The notes beneath the pieces were generated by a model, which made no database searches, was not told the origin of the DNA, and was given only the letters and a program-made list of their open reading frames with translations. A program made the position numbers and the translations under genes. DNA of 54,048 bases, the filler included, from Sphacelaria rigidula (lineage: Eukaryota): NCBI GenBank assembly GCA_964200075.2. It is 5 parts of 5 records of this genome, joined end to end, with 100 filler letters (N's around TTAATTAATTAA, not from the genome) between each part and the next. Parts side by side here need not be neighbours in the genome. Positions count along the whole stretch, not along the records: positions 21,664 to 32,393 come from CAXNAA020006017.1; positions 32,494 to 43,221 come from CAXNAA020006018.1; 3 more parts are not named here. One strand, 5' to 3'. Within the stretch, counting starts at the first letter, position 1. Each line of letters starts with the position of its first letter. Of the stretch, positions 26,296 to 38,059 are shown piece by piece.

Positions 26296-26939
26296 CAACA
26301 TGCAGCTAGTTGAGAGAGTATTTGAAGCAAGATAAAGGATCGGCATATCAGGCGGGCTAATGGGGAAGAGTGTTGAAGTGTTCACCAGCCCCGGAAAACG
26401 GGCGGGCCAAAAATCAAGAACAGAAGTCACGGTTTAGCCCGATGGCTAGAGGACCCACTGCAACGAGGTCGCAAGGGTAGAGTCCGTCTTTCTTCTATCT
26501 TCTAGATTCATTATTAAGGCGAAAACAACACCGATTCACCAGATAGCACACCTTAACGGCCAAAGGGTAATTTTATCAGAATCTTCCAATGTATGGTCAT
26601 GGCGTCTTTTTGTGTGTTTGTTTTACCGATGGAGCAAGAACAATCCATGCCCATTCGAAGAAGTATTCGATACGTTCCCCCCTCGTGGCGTACGAGTTTT
26701 CACTGTTCTTGCAGTCAGTGACGGAAGCACCGAGCCATCTCAGTATTTTGTGGTGAACTGGGGGAAACGATCGGAATGAGGCAAAGTACATGTGGAGCAA
26801 CCAACGGCAAGCCACGCGCACATGCCCCATCCTTGCACCGTTTTGTCCCTCTCCCGAACTAAGCGTGGGATCGAGACGATATGGTACCGAATGTTTTCTT
26901 TCATTTGGTCACCTATATTAACGAAGCTGCACACAAGTT

Positions 26940-27260
26940 ATCACTATTATTATTTTTATCCGTCGCACTTTGAACCCCTCCCCGTCCTGGGGACGAGTTC
27001 GTGGCCCCAAGGGATCAACCCATCTCCCCCGGTACACGTTTTGCATTTTACTCTCGCGGATTGGGTCATGACTATCAGCACTCCCGCACCGCGTCAACTC
27101 ACGTCAAACAAACTCAGTCGACTACTATGTTTACTCACGTCCTCACGCTTTCCACGATGGAAATCAGATACTACGAAGAAAAACTGCAACGCACCCGGAG
27201 TCGAACCCTCGCTCTCTCCACCCTGATGGCGAGAGTCGAACCATTACACCACCGGGCCGC
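26940..27260 (-). mobile_element. tRNA-derived SINE, family B
   Basis: The minus-strand head has an A box (tggtgtaatgg) and a B box (ggttcgactcc). The body matches 30890-31157, and there is an A-rich tail (aaaaataataatag). Confidence 0.8.
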
Positions 27261-27753
27261 GGCGGCAGATTACCGTCCAATACTTCGAAGTATCATCTTA
27301 CCGACAGAATCGTGAACTGCATCCCGCACGGCGTCTAAGCGCGACAACGAGCTATATGTTTGTGGTCATTCATGACCATTCTCGACTATACAAGGGGCAA
27401 CAGGCAACAACAAAACCGGGATCACACCAAAGTAGTCAAAACACCTGGGATATCAAGCTACAAAAGGGGGCTAACTCACGTCCTGATTAGCCCTGACACT
27501 CAGAGCCCACACACTATAGCGCACCAACATCACACACGATACAAAATCCCCAACAATGATGACATTTTTAGCTCAGCTCTGCTGTCGGGGACGGGGAGTA
27601 AATATCAGGGAGTGCATGATCACTAACCCCACGCCTCTCCCACATTCGCGGCGGTGAAGATAGCTATGAAACCCTCACGCTAAGAGTTCCCCCTCAGCAT
27701 CTAAGAAAGGTAGCCTCCGCCACAATTTAAAACTGGCATAATACTGGTCAACA

Positions 27754-29787
27754 TTATTCCTCTTCGGTCCAAGCTGCCAGTGTCGGGGCGCCGGCGTCAA
27801 TAACTGCCTGGGGGCACTTGCTTGTATCGAAGCAGTTTTCGAGGCGGCATATTAGCCCGTCGTCGTCCAACGTGATGAGGTCGCACAGAGGCATAGCTTC
27901 GTCCTGGCCAACGAGTTTCACAAAGTAGAGCACCAAGTACTTTTTCTTCGACCCCGCTTCGACTATTGCTTCGAACTTGACCTGCGTACCGCGACCAATA
28001 ACGTGCACGCGACGGGGCGGGTCACTTTCACCCAGTGCTGGAATCACGTCGCATCTCTGACAGTAAGCCACACACAACGTCCCGCGAGAAAGTGTCCGAC
28101 AAGTCTGTCCACAAGAAAACAGACGTACTTCTCGAATTAAGTTCTTGTATCGCAAGAAGGGGCCCAAGCACTCTGCGGATATCGTGTTCAGGCCTACTTC
28201 GAATACAGACAGGGCAGAGTCAGTGAACACACTGTTGCGGCAAGTCATATTTTGTCTACACGCCGCATATTGCGTCGTGTGATGCCTCAGGGAGGCCTCC
28301 CTTTCACCTTTTCACGCTTGTCATGGAGTGTCTTGGTAACGGTCGGCGCGCTAAGGCCGCTTTTTTTGGTACCAAAAGCATTTCCCGCCAAGAAATTTTG
28401 TTTTTCGCGATTCAGCGCCGACTTTTGCCGGAATGCGGCCCTTGGCGGATTGAGTCACCTCGGAAATATTTGCTGTATTTGCCAATGACGATTCTATAGT
28501 AATTCCCCCATCTTTCGTGAGCCCATTTCTTCCTTTGGTCGAACGAGCAGTCTCTCAAGCAAGCCACGTACAAAACTTCAAGATAAACTCTATATAGGGG
28601 GGTGTAGTGCGTGTGTGTTGTGTGTTTTGTCATCCCATCCATTCTGGACGCCATTCTACACCTTTCGGTGTATGTGGGCAATTCAGCCGGGGTCACACAG
28701 GAGAAATGCCAACACAGGAGTTTTTGTTTCTATATGTGTTACTTCTCCACCTTCTGCGGTACTTTGTCTAATTCTGTATCGCGAGAGGGGTTCAGCGGTC
28801 ACTTTACCTCGTCGACTGTGAAGTCGGACTTTGTGTAATCACGACATGGTCGCTCTCCACTGCTGGGCATGATGTGAAAAAAACTCCTGGATCGTGTGAC
28901 TGCGCCAAGATTCGAACCCACGACCCAGCCGTCAGAAGGTTTCGAGGTTTCCAACTGAGCCACCGGGGCGACCGGCATGAAGGAATGGATGTAGAGAGAT
29001 CGATAATCCGGGCGAAAGTGCAAGTGGGTGCATGAAAGGTCGAAAAAGTGCGCACGAACTCTTTTGGGACGTATCGCATCTTTCCGATGAGGCTCAATCC
29101 GCCGTACCCGTATTGCGGTGAATATCGGTGCTTAATCGCCCCAAAGGGTATCCCTTGAAGATTTTTCTCGGGTTTTTTCGGTACCACAAGAAGCGGTCGC
29201 TCTCGCGTTATGTGTTTCAATGTTATCTCGCGCGATGCTCATTCAAACTGACCTATTATTTCCTATTTCCTGCTTCTGAAATACTTCTGTGAACGCACGG
29301 CACCTCTGACACGCCGTGGTTACCCGATCGCTCGAGGTTTGGACGCGGCCATAGATCAAAACTCTTTCCCATGGATACACAGCCAGCGTTGTAAGGTTCT
29401 GTTTTGCCGATACGTTTCAGAGCCTGGCGTTTACGTAGACAGAAAGAGGTACAAACATACAAATCCTCGGCTGCGTCATAGGTGACATTTCAAGCCTACA
29501 CCCTACCTGTAGGTCACGTTTCAAGCTGAGAGCGATCGAGGTGACTGTGGTCCTCGAGACTAGTGCAGTACAACTCGAGTACAGCATCGCACGGCGATCC
29601 TCACCTCAACAATCGTGTTCTTGATGAAGTCGGCGAAAAGAGGTTGAATGGCTTCACGGCCTTTCAATTTAAATAGGAGGCCATTAAAAATCATGTTTTC
29701 CGAGAAGATGGGTGCGGCATCCTTCTCAAAGTAGGAAGCATCCGTCTGTCCTAGCGCGTACCGGCGCATGGTCTCACCCTCCTTCGT
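27754..29787 (-). CDS. SnoaL-like / NTF2-fold protein, at least 2 exons (29787-29605, 27981-27754); 5' end uncertain
   Basis: A phase-0 GT-AG intron (29604-27982) joins TKEGETMRRYALGQTDASYFEKDAAPIFSENMIFNGLLFKLKGREAIQPLFADFIKNTIVE to VKFEAIVEAGSKKKYLVLYFVKLVGQDEAMPLCDLITLDDDGLICRLENCFD...*. The pattern F.E...F.G....GREAI...F and D.ITLDDDG.I..L...FD is typical of SnoaL-like domains. Confidence 0.75.
28605..28975 (-). mobile_element. tRNA-derived SINE, family A (in SnoaL intron)
   Basis: The minus-strand head ccggtcgccccggtggctcagttgg carries the A box and is followed by the B box ggttcgaatc. The tail is CA-rich. It is an inverted copy of 30080-30446. Confidence 0.85.
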
Positions 29788-30079
29788 CTGCGGCAACACG
29801 ATTCGTGATGGTAAAGGCATGGTGGTGGCGCTTCAACCTGCCGCACAGAGGGTAAAAAACAGGGCGCAGATGTAGGGAGGGTGTGGTTGGGGCAACGGGA
29901 TTCCAATGTTGCACACTTAGAAGCGACGGAGGTGCACGCGAGCTCATCATCAATAAGTACTCCAGGCGATGGGTGCACTGGTGGACCTCCAATTGTCGCT
30001 CTAATTGGCGCCTTTGCTGCGCACACTGGCGAGCGCTTGGGACTGCCAGCTCCCTGAAGATCCGAATCTCGGTGACCAT

Positions 30080-30446
30080 CCAGTCGCCCCGGTGGCTTAG
30101 TTGGTAGCCCCGAAACCTTCTGACGGTTGGGTCGTGGGTTCGAATCTCGGTGCAGTCACGTCATCTGGGAGTTTTTATCACATCATGCCCAACAGTCGAG
30201 AGCGAATATGTCGTAGGTACACAAGATTCGACTTCACGGTCGACGAGGTAAAGATACTGCTGAACCCCTCTCGCGAATAGAAATAAGGCAAGCACCGCAG
30301 AAGAAAGGCGGAGAAATAAAACAAAATAAATAAGAAGAAACTACTGTGTTGGCCTTCCTCCTGTGTGACCTGGGCTGATGCGCCCACATATACCGAACGG
30401 TGTAGACTGGCGTCCAGAATAGATGGGATGACAGCACGCACACAAC
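30080..30446 (+). mobile_element. tRNA-derived SINE, family A
   Basis: A box tggcttagttgg, B box ggttcgaatct. The body is homologous to 28605-28975. Confidence 0.85.
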
Positions 30447-30719
30447 CTGGCCAACACTGACCCCGGAATACGACACCCAGAGATCGACGATAATCGAGTG
30501 CAACATTTACTGTACAGTATTACGGCACCGGTAGTGAATCGCAATGCTGCAAACGCGCACATTGGTGATGAGGCTCTCTACTGATGGCAGCGTGAATGAA
30601 GAAATTGGAATCGTACATAGACTCACAAGCGGTCGTCCTGAAGGTACCAACGAGATTAATGGCAAAATTGCAAGGTTGTGTTCTGCAGGATAATATGCAT
30701 ATGCTCGGTAGGGTATGAC

Positions 30720-31630
30720 ATTTCTTACAGAAGTAACAGCATTATCGGGTATGGAAGTCTCGCAGACTTGAAGAACCGTCGAGTACCGATATGAAAGCCT
30801 GATAAAACGTACGGAACCTACCGGGTACGGTAGGGACGTTGTACAGAAACACCTACCAGCAATCGGGAATTCTACAAGGGTAAAAAGAACGTGGGTTCCA
30901 TTTCCAATGCGTCGATTGTTTTCTTCAAAAAAACTAACTGATTTTCATCGTCGAAAGAGTGAGTACGTGAGTAAACAAAAAGTACTCGACTGAGTTTGTT
31001 TCACGAACGCTGACGCGGTGCGGGAGTGCTGACCCAACCCTCGAGACCAAAATGCTAGGCGTGTGCCGGGGAGAGATGGATTGATTCCTTGAGACCACGG
31101 ACTCGTCCCGAGGAAGAGAGGAGGGGTTCAAAGTGCGACAAATGAAACAAACAAAATTACAAATGCCTGTACCCGTACCGGGGTAAGGACAATCAGTCGT
31201 ACAGGTGGCATAGAACTGTCGGGTATGGGTATGGGAGGCTTGCGAACTTAGAGAACTGTTAGATACTGGCATGAGTGGTGCGACGGTATCGGTGCACAAA
31301 TTTTGTCTGAGGTTGGATCACTAGGAACTCTTTATCTCCTTCAAAATACGACCTATGAAATACATGAGAGCACGTCATGATCAGCATCTCAATGGGCTAG
31401 GGATATCCCGAATGAAGTTTGAAGACGTGAACGTCCCTACCCGTATACTTGTGCTGAATGACAAAGATCTAGGTCAAAACGTCCAACACCGTAGCATGAC
31501 TCGTATGGGGAGCTTGCAGACCTTACAGAACCTACCGGGTACGGGTAATACCTGGTAAAATACCTCTGGTAGGCAAAACATCTTCTATAATAGAAGAATG
31601 TAACCTTGAAATGTTCCGATACCATTCTTC
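30720..31630. repeat. Interspersed repeat with acagaac..taccgggtacgg subrepeats, interrupted by a SINE
   Basis: The motif c(c)ttacagaa / cctaccgggtacgg recurs at about 30724, 30812, 31167 and 31521. Confidence 0.5.
30890..31157 (+). mobile_element. SINE family B, 5'-truncated
   Basis: The body gtgagtaaaca..tcgactgagtttgttt..gacgcggtgcgggagtgctga..ggaggggttcaaagtgcgac matches the reverse complement of 26940-27180. Confidence 0.8.
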
Positions 31631-31661
31631 GATACATGATGGCATTTGCGCATACATATTA

Positions 31662-31851
31662 GGCCGTGTCTTATCAAATTGCTTTTGACTCGAAAATGTA
31701 CGGTGGAATCAAATTTGCTCGTACCTGATACGTTCACGGCATTCATGTTCTCAATCATCTCAGATAATTAGTAGCGTGGACGAATCAGAAACGAGCGAAT
31801 TTGATTCGACCGCACGTTTTCGACACCAAAACAATTTGTTAAGACACGGCC
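31662..31851. mobile_element. PIF/Harbinger (Tourist-like) MITE
   Basis: TIRs ggccgtgtcttatcaaattg... / ...caatttgttaagacacggcc extend about 65 bp. The TTA TSD is at 31659-31661 and 31852-31854. Another GGGCCCGTTT TIR-like head follows at 31855. Confidence 0.9.
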
Positions 31852-32393
31852 TTAGGGCCCGTTTTATCGAGTCCAAAAATGTGGGAACGCGACGTGACAG
31901 TGATAGTGATTATGACGGTTGGAGATTTCTGTTTTTTTTTCCATGATTCCGACTGGTTGGGATTTGATGCCACATTCTCACCTCCCCCAAAATCACTCTC
32001 TCGAAAATTAATGTTTGGGGAATTAATTTTCGTGAGAGCGAAAGGACATTCGCGTGAGAATGCGAAGAGGAACATGACATCGTTGGAAGAAGTGGGCTGT
32101 TGAGCTCTTCATGGGACAGACAGTTGGGATGCGGTCACTAGCAGTAGCCACGCTGGGTTCACCCCATCACCAGCAGTAGCCACGCGTGGGAGACAGATAC
32201 ACTCCACGTGCACAGCTCCCCGAGAGAGACGCGCACAGCTATTTTCCCCAGAACCTCGCCGAGTAAGCAAGCATGGGCCCATCGGCGGGTAGTACGTGCC
32301 AGCGCTATCCAGCACAGTGGCCATCACTCGCAAGGTGCGTGGGTGTTGTCGCACGGTCGAAACGCGGACCGTCTACGATGAAGAGCAAAAGCA

Positions 32394-32493
32394 NNNNNNN
32401 NNNNNNNNNNNNNNNNNNNNNNNNNNNNNNNNNNNNNTTAATTAATTAANNNNNNNNNNNNNNNNNNNNNNNNNNNNNNNNNNNNNNNNNNNN
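32394..32493. other. Artificial contig spacer
   Basis: 100 bp of N with TTAATTAATTAA. Confidence 0.99.
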
Positions 32494-32642
32494 GTTTGTG
32501 AAACCAGGCGCAAACTCGCAAGTAAGGATGCCCTGACCCATATTCTTGCGCGGCTAGAATCGTTGGGAGCCCTTGAACAAGACGAGATTGTGCGCCGAAA
32601 GGGCACCGTTACCGCAGCATTGCCTGTGAGAACACATCCAGT

Positions 32643-34910
32643 TCAACCCAGTGCTATCTCATGTGTGCGTGTGCATATCGAGCATGCAGCTTCTGTGTCC
32701 TGTCGCAAGTTTTGGAACGGGTTGTTGGGTGCTAAGTGATGCTGTGACTTCATCTCACCGGGTCGGGCACCTGCTGTGGTGGTGGTGGTAGTGGACCTGG
32801 CACCACCGACGCCTGTGGCGGAGACACCAGCGACTTGTCCGGCATACCTTCTTTCCGCCTCAGATAGGAAATATTCTCCGTCCGTAGTCAATTTATGTTC
32901 GGGACGGATGCTGAGTAGGAGCTCTTTGAATTTGTTGGCGTACTCTTCCTCCTTCAAGTGTTCAACGACGGCTTTGAAGTCGTCGGTGACGCCGTTAACT
33001 TTGGCAGCCACGTGCTGCGTGTGCAGCAATCCCAGGGCGGTGAAGATTATCACGAGCTTTTGTTGAGTTGCTGTCTCGATGTGGTTGATTTCAGTTACCT
33101 TTTCCGTCAGCTGTGTAGCAGGGGCAGCGGGCATCGAGCGAAAAAAGCACAGGTACGCCCGATGGAATAATCCCGAGGGCGCCTGGTTTGGCGAGGGCGG
33201 GGGAAGAGGGAGGGGGTTCAGCTTTGTGGAGGCGAGTAGTAAGTGCAATAGGTATGTTGTGATCATTTCTCACATGTCTGATTTCTTCCGAAGCATGCAC
33301 CTTCTCCACAGTGCCACCCTAGATGTCGAAATACACACATACCCTCTCGCTTCTAGAATGTCAACGCCATCGGCAACGCTCGCGTGTTAACCGATGAATG
33401 GGGTGTATGACATTTTCTTCATCTACCGAGTAAAAGTGGTGCCTACCTGGCGGGCAAGCACAGCTTCATGGTGATTTGTTGGCTAATACATGCGGATATA
33501 CTCACAAACTCGTAGATGGTGATCGTGTCGAAGGTGAATGGATGTGAGCACATGAACACATGTGGCAACTGCGTCCACGCCATATCGAACTTCGACTTAT
33601 TGCTGCACCGGGGATATTTCTTCACCAGCCGGCCCTGAGCTCTGATGAGGTTCATGGAGTTCGCCACCACCAGAGAATCCTGGAACACCTTGTGATATGC
33701 GGTATCCATCCAGTCGAACACGTCTCCACTCTCCTGTGTGTCCCTCGTGCGCAGACGATGGTCGATGAGCGTTTAGGAGTGAGAAGTGATCGCCACGCGG
33801 GCGTCGGCCGAGTGCACCCACCTCGTGGCTTCCTTTGCGAAGGCCATTTATTTGACGTTGCCGCCATTTTAACAGGACTATTTTTGTGTTGTAACGATCG
33901 GCAACGATGCCCGCCTGGGCGTCTCCATCTTCATGGGGTGGAGACTTGCCCCCCTCAGTGTCCCCGCCGTCGTGATGGGGTGAAGTCGGGTCCCCTGAGG
34001 CCTCTTCCTCCCCAGTTCCCACTGCGATTCCCCGGCGATTTCCATCAGTTTCTCCGACGATTCCGTGCCGCAATGCTTCCCCTCGCAGAACGTGGACGCC
34101 ACGTCATGTGCGAGGTGCAACGCCTTTAGTGACCGAACGAAATTCATCACCGGCGTATTCACGCCTTCGTTTCTGATAAAGGAATGTAGGGTGGCGTCGC
34201 ATAAGCAGAGTCTATCGAGGCCAAAAAGGAAGCTGTAGGCGTGGAGGTTGAGCAGCGACAAACCTGGGTCATTCTGCGGGGTTGAACGCACATCAGGGTC
34301 AATGGCGAGGCGATATCACATTGTGACTGGAGGAGACATGTATCGCGAGGTACTGTTGTAGATATTAGTGGAAATACGTCAAACATACATCGCACGGCTC
34401 GGTTGGTTCAGCAGTGTGTCGATGGATAGGTATCGTCATCGCGCGTCGGCGTGTTGATATGAAAGCGCATTCATTTCCAGGTGTGTATTTCATCCGTATT
34501 CGATCTTAGGTCACCGAACTGATTAGCGTTAAAGGATCACCCACCTGCTTCATTCCTGCCTCTTCTTCATGTGTGATGCGCTGCATCAGAACATCAGCCA
34601 GCGGCAAGTCGTCACGCAGAGCCATCGCGTATACCAACGTCACGAGGTACTGAAGTTTCTGGGAGGGGGGTTTCCCTGGAGACGTCAGGACATATTTAAC
34701 CAAATATTCTTTGACGTAGGTACTAAGCCGATGCCAGATAATGTTCGCCTCTGTTTTCTTCTTGCTGTTGGTTGTCATCGTATTCTCCCATAGCTTCGCC
34801 CTCCAATGTTCGTCCCCCAGCACGGTGCTCAGTTGCTCCGGAGTTGTCACTTCAACTCTCAACGACGCCTGTTGGATAGTGGGTACCAGAATCCCGATCG
34901 CCGAGCTCAT
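32643..34910 (-). pseudogene. Multi-exon hypothetical gene of unknown function, probably frameshifted
   Basis: Protein-like ORF blocks at 34910-34545 (donor CAG/gtgggt), about 34230-33445 (needs frame switches near 34030 and 33725; donor ccag/gtaggc) and about 33185-32750. No recognisable domain. Confidence 0.5.
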
Positions 34911-36063
34911 GCCCGGTTTCTGTCATCGGCGGCAAACACCCGTGATGGAGTCCATCACGGGCATACGCGCCTACGGTTAACACATGCCGCAGGGAGTGGT
35001 ACTGTCCTCACGGCGATCTGTGCTTGCAGATGATTACGGCAGCATCGACCGAAAACACGAACCCAACGATTCCAACGAAGGGATGGTACTACATTCGATC
35101 AATCACGCACCGTCTTCCAGAGGACGTGCTGTGTGGCATATGACTGGTGCGTGGAACCAGGTCTACGTCGTGCACGCGAGCAACGTGTGAAGTGGCAATG
35201 CAGACAGGCTGTATGTGTGGATATGGGCATGTGCGGCGTTTCTCTCGTGAAACAGGGAGAATAACACGGTCGCGCCGACGATCGGAACGGTGGGAACATA
35301 AGCTTGTGCCACGGGGGAGTTCTCGATGGCGGTTTTTGATGTGTGATGTCGTCGGCCGGTTGAACTATGCCAGTATTGTGAGCGCCCACGCTCGCGCTTT
35401 ACAAACGTATGAACCCCATTAAAGAAAATGGCGCATTTTTCTTCGGTACCTGAAACCAGTGCTGCTGTTGTAAGTAAATCTACAGGAGATGAGAGCATCG
35501 TTGGCGCCCGCGTATCCGCCTCCATTCGAGGGATTTATAACGCCTATTGAGTGGTTTTGTGAAGCGGCTGTCCGTCCATGGCACACATGACATTGCTTTC
35601 TAGGTTTGCTGCTCTTTGCGTCGATTTATGGCAGAGTGCAAACGTATAGAGCTGATTTCATAGACCAGTTCTTACTCTGTGATGCCCGGCGATTCAGTTA
35701 TGTCTCCGCGTGTGCCATAGGTTTGGCCGTGCAATATGTCGTGAGTGTCTCTGCGTGAGTGTGTATGCGCCCCCGTTCGTGGCCATCCTGGCCCATTCCG
35801 GAAGGTTTCATATACCGGATGATATTCCCCGACGCGCAAGACGTTGTTTTATTCTCTTGCGACGTATGTCGTACGTAGTCGGGTGAGATGTGGTCAGTGT
35901 TTGGGCGACTGCATGCATCCTGGTTATTGACCGCTAGTGTGTGTGTACTTGTTGCTGTCATGAATCATTGGCGGTTATTCGGTGATGTGCAAAATCACTG
36001 TCATCGCTATCACTTTATGTTTATGTACATTCGCAGGATACTGGTAGCGTGCGCGCGAAATTT

Positions 36064-36393
36064 GACACTTTCTACGATAGCCCCCCCCCCGAAACCAGCG
36101 GCTTTGTAGGGATGCGAGGTCAATGGTCTGATGACTATGGCAAGCATGATCATGAGTACACCCCCCCCCCGAAACCAGCCCAAACGTGTCACGAAAAAAA
36201 TGACCATACAGCGCCTGATGCTTGGGTTCAGGTTGCATGAAGCGCTTCATAGTGGCGACATTGGCTAGAACGAACCCAAGTGTGGGAATCCCTAGTTGCT
36301 CGTTGTGCTCGGCTTTTCCCATTTCGATTTACGTGGAAATTTTGCCTCCCAAAACCATGCACTTTTTGAGGGGAGGCTATCGTAGACAGTGTC
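36064..36393 (+). mobile_element. MITE with GACAC..GTGTC termini and 4-bp TSD (Sola-like)
   Basis: TIR gacactttctacgatagccccc / gggaggctatcgtagacagtgtc, with flanks ATTT/ATTA. An inverted copy lies at 41184-41434. Confidence 0.85.
36100..36160 (+). mobile_element. Short LINE 3'-end insertion with 19-bp TSD
   Basis: The insert ...gggatgcgaggtcaatggtc...catgagtaca is flanked by C10GAAACCAGC at 36081-36099 and 36161-36179. It is absent from the 41184 MITE copy and resembles the LINE 3' end at 45712-45760. Confidence 0.8.
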
Positions 36394-37772
36394 ATTATTG
36401 TTGTCTCGGTTGCTGGAAAAGTGCACCACTAACAGGGGATGCCATAAATCAGCTGTTACGTTGTGAAGCCCTGTCGCGAGCGTTCGCGTGGGTGCATGTA
36501 TCCCTATTCATGGCCTGCGTGAGGTCTATTGTTTGGTTTCATAAACCAGTGGATAATCTGCGAGGTGCAGGACATAGCGTATATACCTTTCTGGGCACAT
36601 TGTACGCCGACCGCAGAAATGTGGTCAGCGCTCGCGAGACCACTTCTATTCCGGTTAGAGGTCGCGAATATGTGCACTGGTTTGTTTCATGGATTGGCGC
36701 TCATACGATGATGCGCTGGAAATGGCTCATTGTTTTCCCACGTACGTGAAGTATTAATAAATCCGCTAAATGTCGGCGGCGGGCGCACGATATTGTTTGC
36801 GCCGGTTTATGGCAGAGTGAAAACGTATAGAGCTGGTTTCAGAAACCGGTTGTTACTCTGTGATGCCCGGCAATTCGGTTACGTTCCGCGAGTTGGCTTA
36901 CATCCGATGGCGCGCTGCTGACAATGGGTCATTGTTTCCCACATGTATAGCGTAAATGAATCCGGTAAATTTCGGTAGCGGGCGCGCGATAGCGCTTGCG
37001 TGGATTTATGGCGGAGTGCCAACTTATATCACTGTTTTCATAAACCAGTTGTGATTCTGTGATTGCCGGGAACCATGTCTCGTTGGGCTGCGATATGTCG
37101 TGAGCGTTCGCGTGAGTGTTTGCGTCCCTGTTCGTGTCCTCCTGACGTATACTGAAACGTTCCATACATAGGTTGACATTCCACGACGCACAGGAGGTTC
37201 TACTTATCTCGCGAGGTATGTTGTACGTTGATCAGATAGATGCGGTCAGCGTCTGGGCGACAGCATGCATCCTGGATACTGGCCGCTAAGACGTGAACTG
37301 CTTGCTTTCGTGAATGATCGGTTGTAATTCGATCATGTGCAAGAAAAGTGTATTTTGTTTTTCAAGTTCAATTTTATGTGCATCCGCGGGATATCGGTAG
37401 CGTGCGCGCAAGTATTTTTATGTCGGTTGATGGCAGTCAACGTGTTTGAAGCTGGTTTCATAAACCAGCTGTTACTTCGTGAAGCCTGGCAAGTCGTTCG
37501 CGTGTACAATTATATTCCAGGGAAAGCCGCGAAATGTCGCGAGCGCGCGCGCGCGATTGTATGCGACCCGGTTCATGGCAGTCTTCTCGTATTACGTGGT
37601 TTTCGCCTGTGCTCTTGCAGGGGGGTGGTGTCTCGTATCACATTTGTTGAGTTGTCGTATGTGTTCCATCGTTGTTATGAAGGTGCGGATAAACATCTGT
37701 CCCGGAGTTTCAACCGGGTGTTTGACGTGTTCCAAAATTGATATGGTGACGATGCCACTGGTTGCTGCTCAA

Positions 37773-38021
37773 GACTGCTGCCGAGATAGCCCCCCCCCGA
37801 ACCGGCCAAAAAAGTGCTCGGAGGCGATGATCATAAATTCCGTTATAGCTGGTTTCGTGCTGCACGACGCAACTCATTTGGGCGTTATAGCTCATTTCGG
37901 ACTGCTACACGCCTTTCATGTGGGCGAAATCGCTGCAGGCGAGCCCAATAGGGGGATCACAGCCGGTTTGTCCAATGGTCTCCAGTGCACTTTTTGTGGG
38001 GAGGCTATCTCGGCATTAGTC
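37773..38021. mobile_element. MITE subfamily (GACT..AGTC termini), 4-bp TSD
   Basis: TIR gactgctgccgagatagccccc / gggaggctatctcggcattagtc, with TCAA on both sides. A truncated copy lies at about 10664-10700. Confidence 0.8.
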
Positions 38022-38059
38022 TCAAGCGTATTGCAGTGGCATCGGATTTTTATGTTTTG

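Larger units (their letters stand above)
35590..37500 (+). repeat. Degenerate tandem repeat array
   Basis: The unit tttatggcagagtg..aacgtatagagctg.tttca.a.acc.gtt.ttactctgtgatgcccgg recurs at about 35623, 36806, 37003 and 37428. The longer block 35700-36060 is repeated at about 37075-37410. Confidence 0.75.

Noticed and set aside
27183..27260. Possible tRNA gene on the minus strand
   Set aside because: A and B boxes are present, but the D and T stems do not pair and the sequence continues into a repeated SINE body.
30080..30160. Possible tRNA gene (also 28900-28975)
   Set aside because: This is the head of a multi-copy SINE, and no complete cloverleaf forms.
35590..37500. CRISPR-like repeat-spacer array
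   Set aside because: The units are long, degenerate and irregularly spaced, the intervening sequences are also repeated, there are no cas genes, and the context is eukaryotic.
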